Source: Verrucomicrobiota bacterium | GTDB taxonomy: Bacteria > Verrucomicrobiota > Verrucomicrobiia > Chthoniobacterales > UBA10450 | Assembly (NCBI GenBank): GCA_003220075.1 | Contig: QHRJ01000042.1 | Coordinates: 4,374-46,539, forward strand | DNA length: 42,166 nt | Reading direction: 5' to 3' | The notes under the pieces: model-generated | Told to the model about the DNA's origin: nothing | Databases searched by the model: none | What the model saw: the letters and a program-made list of their open reading frames with translations, nothing else | Position numbers and translations under genes: made by a program | Shown: positions 26,408 through 33,744 of the stretch, piece after piece | Position numbering within the stretch: the first letter of the stretch is position 1 | How the letters are laid out: each line of letters begins with the position of its first letter

Positions 26408-28335
26408 CTAGTCGCCGTTCGCACTTGCGGGTAGCGCGATGCTAACCGCAGTGCCGCTCGTGCTGGTATCGATGTCAACACGACCGTTGTGATCGAACAC
26501 GGTCCGCTTGACGATCGGCAGACCCAGTCCCATGCCGCGCGCTTTTGTCGTCTGGCGCGGCCGCCTTCGTGAATCGGCTTGGCCGAAAGTGTGATCTTCG
26601 GTTTTTTCTGCTCGGTGACGGCTTCGGCCGCGTTCGCGACCAGATGCGCCACCGCTTCGGCCAGCGCCCCTTCATCGCCAAGAATCTTTGGCAAATTGGC
26701 AGGCAGTTCCGTTTCCACCGCCACGCCGCCGTTGACCCGAAATTTGCTGCGCGCAAGCTCGAGCCCGCGCTTTACCGGGGTGCGAATATCCAGCGGTCTC
26801 ATCTTCAATTCCGGCGGATGAGCGAAAGCATTGATCTGGGTAATGATCTTATCGAGACGATCGATTTCCTGAACGACGATCTGGTTGAAATTTTTTCGGA
26901 ACTCCGGATCATCGAAACGCTCGGGCAAAAGTTGCGCGAAAGTCTTAATCGCGACGAGTGGATTGCGAATTTCGTGCGACATACTCGCGGCCAAGTCCGT
27001 CCAAAAGGCGGCGCGATCGACCAGGTCTTGCTTTTGCCGCAAATTTTCCTCCACGGTCAGATCGTGAACGACGGCGACGGCACCGAGGGGAGTTTGCTGG
27101 TCGAGGAGTCGCCGCGCTTCGACCGAGAGGGAGCGGCGTGTGTTCGGATCGATCCACTGCCGCGGAGGAAGATTCGACTTTGCCCCAAGAGTTTCCCGCA
27201 ACATGATGGCCAGCCTTCGACCAACGGCTTCAATCGGCCGGTTGAGCGCATCGGAAGTTTTCAGCCCGAGGATCGATTCCGCGGGGGGATTAAACCAGCG
27301 AGTGATGCCTTCTTCATCAATGGCAACGATTCCCGGTGGGATCGATTTCAGGAGCGTTTCGGCCAGGGTTTTTTGCAGTGTGACCTCTTCGTAGAGAAGC
27401 GCGTTCTCGAGAACGGTGGAAACATGCTCGGCCAGGATCATCAGGCCTTCGAGATCACCGTAATCAAAGGGTAAACCGGTGATGCGATGGCCGAAAAACA
27501 GCCAGCCGATAATCTGGCCACGTGCATAAAGAGGGACGATAACCTCGGCGCCAACGCTATCGAGCGCCCGACGCAAGAGCGGCCGCTGATTTTGCGCGGC
27601 GATGTGTGCGAGGTTGGCGCGAGAAACGAGGTGCCCATGTAATTCGAACCAGCGGACCAGCGGATCGCGCTCGTTGTACTCGATCTCGTTAGTTTCTGGC
27701 AGGCAGCGCAGCCCGGCACGCAGGCGATAGCGATCTCCCTGACGCATGCGCGAAAAAATTCCAACGCGGGTCACGCCGGCGGCGTCCGCCACTCCTTCAA
27801 CGATGCTGGCGAGCAATCCTTCGACATTATCCAGGCTCCGAAAGACACGAGGGAAACGCAGCAGCGGCAGCGATGGCGCGTGCGCACGCTCCAGCACTGG
27901 CTCGGCCCGGCGGGGCTGTTCCGCTGAAGGACGATAATGCGATTGTTCGCGCAGGTCGCGATTCTCCTGCATGACCTTTAGGTGATCGAAGGCGCGGCCG
28001 ACCAGGGTTTGAAAACGGTGACGGTCGAGCTGCAAATCTTCCGCCGCATAAATGTCGGATTGTTCGGCCTCGCGCAGCGGTTCGGAGCGAGGGGCGCCAA
28101 GAGCGATGACGAGCGATTCCGGCCAATCCTGTTCGAGTTGCTCGAGCAAGTCGCGGCATTCTTTTGCTCGCAGATCCATTAAAATTACCGCGGGCGAATT
28201 CTGTTGCAGCACGGCTTCCATCCGATTGGGGTCAGTGAGGTGGCGAACCAGTGCCATCGTGCGGAGAAAAGCTTTGACCCGTCGCGCCAGCTCAGCGTCC
28301 TGGGTATAGAGAATGCAAATGGGAGCGGCGCTCAT
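26408..28335 (-). pseudogene. REC-like / GAF / PAS / HisKA / HATPase sensor kinase with a broken ATPase domain
   Basis: The H-box is SHEIRNPLVAIKTFAQLLPERF and the N-box is HLVANAAEAV. After ...KPIHEGG (about 26560) the frame shifts. The real tail TTKARGMGLGLPIVKRTVFDHNGRVDIDTSTSGTAVSIALP...* continues in another frame to a stop at 26408. The G1 (DxGxG) segment is absent. The track ORF runs out of frame to 26281. Confidence 0.65.
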
Positions 28336-30747
28336 GCGGCCACCACTCCCTGATCAAAATGCACCAGCGGCAGAAAAATGTGAAAGACACTTCCCTTGGC
28401 TACCTCGCTTTCAACTTCGATTTGTCCGCCATGTTCCTCGATAATTCCGTGCACCACAGAAAGGCCGAGACCGGTTCCGAAATCTTTCGTCGTGAAAAAC
28501 GGATCGAACACCCGGGCAATATCCTCCCTTTTTATCCCCTCACCGGTATCGCGAATGGAAATGCATAGCGCTTCATGCCGCTTCTCGTCCGCCGGCAAAA
28601 GGTGCGTCACGAGAGAATCACCGGTCCGGATTTCGGTCTCCACCGTGAGCTCGCCGCCGCGTTTCATCGCATCCATGGCATTAAGGAAAAAATTGAGAAA
28701 AACCTGTTCCATTTGATCTGAGTCGGCCCGGATAGTATCGAGGCTTGCCTCCAACGTCCGGGTGAGTTTGATCTCCTTTTGATTCAACCGATGTTGAACG
28801 AGTTGAAAGGTTTTCTCCAGTACTTCGTGCACATGCATCGGCCGGAGCAACGGTTTTGCCGGGCGTGCAAACCGGAGCAGCTGATTGACCAGTGAATCGA
28901 TCCGATCAATCTCGTGCACGATTAAGCTGGAAAAGGTGTCGCGGAAATCAGACTCGTGGTAGCGCTCTGGTAAGAGCTGAGCAAAAGTCTTGATAGAAAC
29001 CAGCGGGTTCTTAATCTCATGCGCCATTCCGGCTGAGAGCGTCCCGAGGCTGGCGAGGCGATCGCTGCGACGAATTTGCAGCTCGAGCCGTTTCAGCGCG
29101 GTGATGTCGGTCACCACCATCAGCGCGCCCAGGAGCTCGCCGCCTTGACCGCGAAAAGTTGCGCTGCTAGCGCGCGCAAATGTGCTTCCCGCCGCGGCCC
29201 GCAATTCGACTTCCCGGTCTTCCTGGCGCTCCCCCGAAGTCAAAGTAGTCTGAATGATGTCACGCAAGGGTGCGGGCAGATCGTCAACCATTCGTTCTCC
29301 GCCGTTGGTATTCAAGCCGGCTATTTGCGCCGCTTCCTGAGGTGAATAGCTCGGCGTTTTCAATGGCGACGGCAAGTTGACCGCCCAACACCTGAAGCGC
29401 GCTCTGTTCAGTACCGCCATAAACGCGGCCGGAGAGCCTTGGCCCGAGAAGCATGATGCCCACGAGGTGCTCGCGTGAGAGAATCCCGACCGCAGCCGCA
29501 GCCCCGGCTGCTTCCAGCTGGCGGCGAATGGCAAAGGTCGTTGCGGTTCCACGAACGCGGTGAAGCTCTTCGAGGATGAGCGGTTCGTGATGAGCGGTCA
29601 ACCATTGCACCAAGGGCTCCTCCTCCTTGAATTGATCAACTATCCCAGGTAAACTGGAAAGCGGATAGCTTTTTCGAAAAACTTTACGCTGCGCGAGGTA
29701 GATCGTTACGCTATCAGTGCCGACAGCCTCACCAATCGTCGTAGCAAATCTGCGCAACAAGTCCGGCAAGGTAGTTACCGATTCCAGGATGGCCGCCGCC
29801 TTGCTAACGGTGGCACGAAAATCGATTCCACGGCCACCGACAAAAAGACGATCGGCTAACCTTTGAGAGAAGCCACGCGCCGGCGCCATGGCGAAGGTGA
29901 CGACCAAAGCTGCCGCGATGTGGGCAAAAGTGCGATCGGTTGAATAAAAAAGAGAGACTGTTACCTGGGCTACAAGCCACCAAACCGCTCCGTAAAGGGC
30001 AAGTAAGTATGTTGTGAGGACCCCGTAAGAAATCGCGCGCCGCAGAAAGAGGCCAACGTCCATGATCTTTCGCGTGGAAATCCCATAGGCGATGATCAGT
30101 GTGAATAGGACGGCTCGAAGTGGCGCAAACCAAAACAACTGAGAGGGTGGGACGAAGAACCGTAATATCTGGTAGGCGCCGAGAGTAAGAACCAGGATGA
30201 AAGTAGGGCCGAGTAAAAGGTAGCCGAGTTCCGATCGAATCCTACCGGAGCTATTCCTAAGATCGCGCAGAGAAGCGACAAGAAGAACAACCAGGGCACT
30301 CCCGAAACAGCAACCATAAAGATAGACACCCCAGCCATAGATCGGCTGTGGTGCGGCTCCGGGTTGATCAGGGAAGCGTGCTCCCTTCAAGAGAAGATTT
30401 GACTGACAGAAAATGATGAGGGCGAGAGCCAGGATGATCCATCCACGGGAGTGACGAAGGACATCTCGCCAAGTCGCGTCCGGCATGACCGTAAAAAGCC
30501 GGAGGAAGTTTAACGCTAATAAAATGAGGACAGCGGCAGCAAATGCTACTCGCATGTTTGTTGCAACAAATGCTAGATCGTGGCTAGTCGAACCAAAGTA
30601 GAGACTTGCCAGCCAGCAAATCATGGCGATCGACAGGATGAGGAAACTTTGGGTCGCCTTGCGATGGCGATTGGTGATGAAAACAGCGAACCCCACCGCC
30701 GCCTGGATCATTAACGCCCCAAGAATCGGGACTGCTTGACTGTTCAT
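28332..30747 (-). pseudogene. multi-TM / GAF / (PAS) / HisKA / HATPase sensor kinase split by an internal deletion/frameshift
   Basis: ORF 29284..30867 (true ATG 30747, MNSQAVPILGALMIQ) encodes about 8 TM helices plus a GAF domain ending in AIENAELFT. ORF 28332..29552 carries the rest: EAAQIAGL..., AHEIKNPLVSIKTFAQLLPERY, and an intact HATPase (DTGEGI, GTGLGL). The junction is at 29337..29345, and the first third of the PAS domain is missing. Confidence 0.65.
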
Positions 30748-31997
30748 TAGCAAAATACGCGATCCATCACCAACGAGCTGGCGCTTCCCCCGAGACCGCG
30801 CACATTCAAAAGCGCCTGGTGCACTTTGGCTTTGCGCGCGCGCAGCGGAACAACATCGAGATCGCAATCAGGATCGGCGGTCTGATAATTTGCCGTGGGA
30901 GGGATTAGTTGATCACGGATCGTTAGGGCACAGGCTGCGATTTGGAGCGGCCCTGCCGCGGCTAATGGATTCCCAGTGACGCCTTTGATGGAGCTAATCG
31001 GAATAGAATAGGCGTAGGGGCCAAATACCTCTTTGATAAATCGAATCTCGGCTGCGTCTAATATCGGATCTCCAGGTCCGTAGGCCGATATGTAATCGAT
31101 TTGGCTCTTTTCGCAGCGTGCGTTTGCCAATGCCATCTCCATGGAGCTGCGCAGGCCAGATCCATACTGAGCCGGCTCAAGATCGCGTTGGGCGGCATAA
31201 CCAGTTAGTTCGAGGTAAACATGTGCTCCTCGCGCTTCCGCCCGTTCCAGGTTTTCCAGCACGAACATTCCAGCACCTTCTGCCAGGACACCGGATTCCC
31301 GGTTTAAATCGAACGGTTTACTTGCACTTTCCGGATCTCCATTATGCGGGACCGTTAGACCGCTAGCTATAAAAGCCGCTACGGTATGAGGAGTTAAGGG
31401 CGCATCAGCCCCGCCGGCGATGGCGAGTTCGGCTTCTCCCGTGCGAATTGTCATGGCTGCGCTGGCAACGGCATCCAAGCCAGATGGACAGGCCGTTGAC
31501 ACTGTCGCCGCATGCGCACGCACGCCAATTCGATCTGCAATGGCATTAGCAGCGGCCTGCGGCTTCAATGCAGAAATCGCCGTCGGCGACATGCCGCGAA
31601 AACCGTGCCGGTCGAAATCGCTAATTGATCGTTCGATAATGTCCATCGCACTGGTGCTCACTCCAACGACAACCGGAGTGGGGCTCGGTAAATCTGCATC
31701 GTTAATCTCCAAGCCCGCGTCTTTCAGTGCCATCATTGTCGCGGCATAGGCGAACTGGGTATGACGTGCCATTCGCTTCGGCTTAAGTTCTGGCTCGATA
31801 TATTCAAATGGATCAAAATTCTTCACTTCCCCGGCGATTTGGCTTTTCAAATTGCTGGCGTCGAAAAGTGTGATTCGGCCAATGCCGCTACGGCCTTGGA
31901 GAAGCGAATCCCAGAATGCTTCCAATCCGACCCCATTCGGGGCGAGAACCCCCATCCCGGTGATGACGACGCGGTTTTGCTTAATCATAGCGCGCAC
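30747..31997 (-). CDS. FabF-like beta-ketoacyl synthase homologue with a non-canonical active site (Cys-Tyr-Asn)
   Basis: It matches KAS II over its full length: VVITGMGVLAPNG, STAC(170)PSG, the thiolase-fold C-terminus. AHGTxT is replaced by AY(306)GPGD, and GHxxGAAG by GN(343)PLAAAG. Confidence 0.85.
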   Translation of the reverse strand: MRAMIKQNRVVITGMGVLAPNGVGLEAFWDSLLQGRSGIGRITLFDASNLKSQIAGEVKNFDPFEYIEPELKPKRMARHTQFAYAATMMALKDAGLEINDADLPSPTPVVVGVSTSAMDIIERSISDFDRHGFRGMSPTAISALKPQAAANAIADRIGVRAHAATVSTACPSGLDAVASAAMTIRTGEAELAIAGGADAPLTPHTVAAFIASGLTVPHNGDPESASKPFDLNRESGVLAEGAGMFVLENLERAEARGAHVYLELTGYAAQRDLEPAQYGSGLRSSMEMALANARCEKSQIDYISAYGPGDPILDAAEIRFIKEVFGPYAYSIPISSIKGVTGNPLAAAGPLQIAACALTIRDQLIPPTANYQTADPDCDLDVVPLRARKAKVHQALLNVRGLGGSASSLVMDRVFC

Positions 31998-32160
31998 CAG
32001 CCGACGAAGAACCTGATCCGTCCAAAGGTTGGTTTAGACGAGTCGCGAAAAAGTTTAGCGCTGAAAGCAAACGAAGCTCTGGCATGCATTAAAGAGCCAA
32101 ATTCTAATGTCCCCACTAAATGCAGTCATTATATTTTCCATCCCCTGTGCCCCGCTGCAC

Positions 32161-32188
32161 TTATTCACAATTTTTCAGTTATTCACAA
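32161..32188. promoter_or_regulatory. direct repeat TTATTCACAA x2 in the divergent KS-operon / REC-HK intergenic region
   Basis: There are exact 10-mers at 32161..32170 and 32179..32188 (18-nt period) in an AT-rich patch. This is a candidate regulator binding site and rests on inference only. Confidence 0.3.
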
Positions 32189-32303
32189 GATCGATCTTGC
32201 GCGCCGTCTGTTTTTGTTTAACCCTCCGCCAAGCCCGCAATTGTTTCAGCCCGCGATAATTCACATTGAATACGGCACGCCCCTAGCTCTAAATCCGCCC
32301 ACA

Positions 32304-33464
32304 GTGCACATCTCCGCTGCTCCCGATCCTGCCAAGGTTCTCATCATCGATGATGAAATCGGACCACGCGAAAGCCTGCGCATGCTGCTCAAGCCTAGCT
32401 ATCAGGTCCATACGGCGGAAAACGTCGAGACGGGCCTGCAACTCTTACAGGAAAAGCGCCCTGATACCATCGTAATGGATATTCGCATGCCCGGAATGAA
32501 CGGTATTGATGGCTTGCGCAGGATCCGCGAAATCGATCCGCATCTTTCCGTGATCATGTTCACCGGTTTCGGCGCGCTCGAGACCGCCCAGGAAGCGCTC
32601 CGGCTCGGCGCTAACGATTATATCAACAAACCTTTTGACGCTGTGCAGATGCGCGAAGTGATCGGCCGCAACGTCGAGCGAACCCGTGTGCAGCGGCAAA
32701 GCGAGACGACCGCGCACGAACTGCAAGAACTAAACGAGCGCCTTCGCAACGAGCTCGCCCAAAAAGAACGCCTCGCTTCTCTCGGGCAGGCGTCGGCTGA
32801 ATTTGTGCACGATCTGAGTAATCCACTCACGATCGTCTGGGGTTACGTTCAAATTTTGGCCAAGAAATTGGAGCAATCTGGTGATGGGAATAACGGCGAA
32901 CGCAACGCGAGCTCATCCAGAGAATTGCACATTATCGAACAAAACGTGCGGCTTTGCCGTGAGCTTCTGACGATGTGGCAAAGCTACGGCAGGGTGGGTG
33001 CCATCAAACCGAAACCAATCTCGATGTCCAGCATCGTCCAGGATGTCGGCCAGAGCGTCACCGGCATGGCATCGCAAAACGGTGTCCAACTGGACTGCCA
33101 TATTGCCGAAGAAGAATTGACAGTTCTGGGCGATCCGACGCAGCTGACGCGCGCATTGCAGAACGTCATTGTAAATGCCATCCAGGCCGCAACCGAGAAA
33201 CATGGCAAGGTTGTGGTGAATTGCCGGGAGAAGGATCTTTACGCCGACATCCAGGTGCGAGACACCGGGTACGGAATTGCGGAGGACGAAATTGGAAAAA
33301 TCTTCGAGCCCTATTTCACTACCAAGCAGGGGAAAAATGGCACCGGTCTTGGGCTCTACATCACGAAAAAAGTAATCGACGACCACAAAGGATCGATCGA
33401 CGTGGCCAGCACCCTGGGAGTTGGAACGACCTTCACGCTGCGGCTGCCGCTGCACGATAAGTAA
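32304..33464 (+). CDS. hybrid response regulator-histidine kinase (REC-HisKA-HATPase)
   Basis: The REC domain has VLIIDDEIGPRE, IVMDIRMPGMNG and GANDYINKPF. The H-box is FVHDLSNPL. The HATPase boxes are NVIVNAIQA, DTGYGI and GTGLGL. The first ~180 codons of the 31761..33464 track ORF overlap the KS gene antisense. GTG 32304 is the first plausible start. Confidence 0.8.
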   Translation: MHISAAPDPAKVLIIDDEIGPRESLRMLLKPSYQVHTAENVETGLQLLQEKRPDTIVMDIRMPGMNGIDGLRRIREIDPHLSVIMFTGFGALETAQEALRLGANDYINKPFDAVQMREVIGRNVERTRVQRQSETTAHELQELNERLRNELAQKERLASLGQASAEFVHDLSNPLTIVWGYVQILAKKLEQSGDGNNGERNASSSRELHIIEQNVRLCRELLTMWQSYGRVGAIKPKPISMSSIVQDVGQSVTGMASQNGVQLDCHIAEEELTVLGDPTQLTRALQNVIVNAIQAATEKHGKVVVNCREKDLYADIQVRDTGYGIAEDEIGKIFEPYFTTKQGKNGTGLGLYITKKVIDDHKGSIDVASTLGVGTTFTLRLPLHDK

Positions 33465-33646
33465 GCTATAGTGGGTTCTCGGCGGGGGCCCGCGCCTGCT
33501 CCAATCTGATTTGGATCGGAAATCAGGATTCAAAGACGCGAACCTGCTTAGCGCAATCCTTAAAGGTTTGGATGCGGAATGTTCGATGCTTCGTACTAAT
33601 GAACCCGACGCCCTTACCTCAATTCTCTCCCTGACGCAGGGGAGGA

Positions 33647-33744
33647 CACAGGTCGTGGGTGCCTTTGGAAATCAGAGTGGGAGACCGTACACAGGTCGCG
33701 GGTGTCTTGGGAATCAGGGCAGGAGACCGTAAGCGAAGCGCCGG
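33647..33744. repeat. two tandem 42-43-nt repeat units plus shared flank
   Basis: Unit 1 is cacaggtcgtgggtgcctttggaaatcagagtgggagaccgta (33647..33689). Unit 2 is cacaggtcgcgggtgtcttgggaatcagggcaggagaccgta (33690..33731). Unit 2 plus its flank is repeated at 12690..12744. Confidence 0.65.

Noticed and set aside
26545-27474. A 309-codon plus-strand ORF.
   Set aside because: It is antisense to a well-supported GAF/PAS kinase gene, has low-complexity Arg/Gly/Pro-rich content and no motifs. It is a typical shadow ORF of GC-rich DNA. The same applies to 9684..10256, 19332..19991, 32913..33533, 34984..35451 and 35806..36597.
31761-32303. The N-terminal 180 codons of the 567-aa track ORF for the REC-HK hybrid.
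   Set aside because: This part overlaps the ketosynthase gene on the opposite strand and then crosses the AT-rich intergenic region. REC-domain homology only begins near 32330.
33647-33731. A possible CRISPR array.
   Set aside because: There are only two directly abutting, imperfect units with no spacers, and no cas genes are in the window.
33511-33732. A 73-codon ORF starting at TTG (or the internal ATG version MLRTNEPDAL...GNQGRRP) lies directly upstream of the LanB-like gene. I considered it as a precursor or scaffold peptide with a repeated core.
   Set aside because: Its C-terminal half is just the translation of the two tandem 42-43-nt repeat units. The third copy of that repeat (12690..12744) has an in-frame stop just upstream and no start, so the repeat is probably non-coding. 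There is no SD. It is worth testing but cannot be called.
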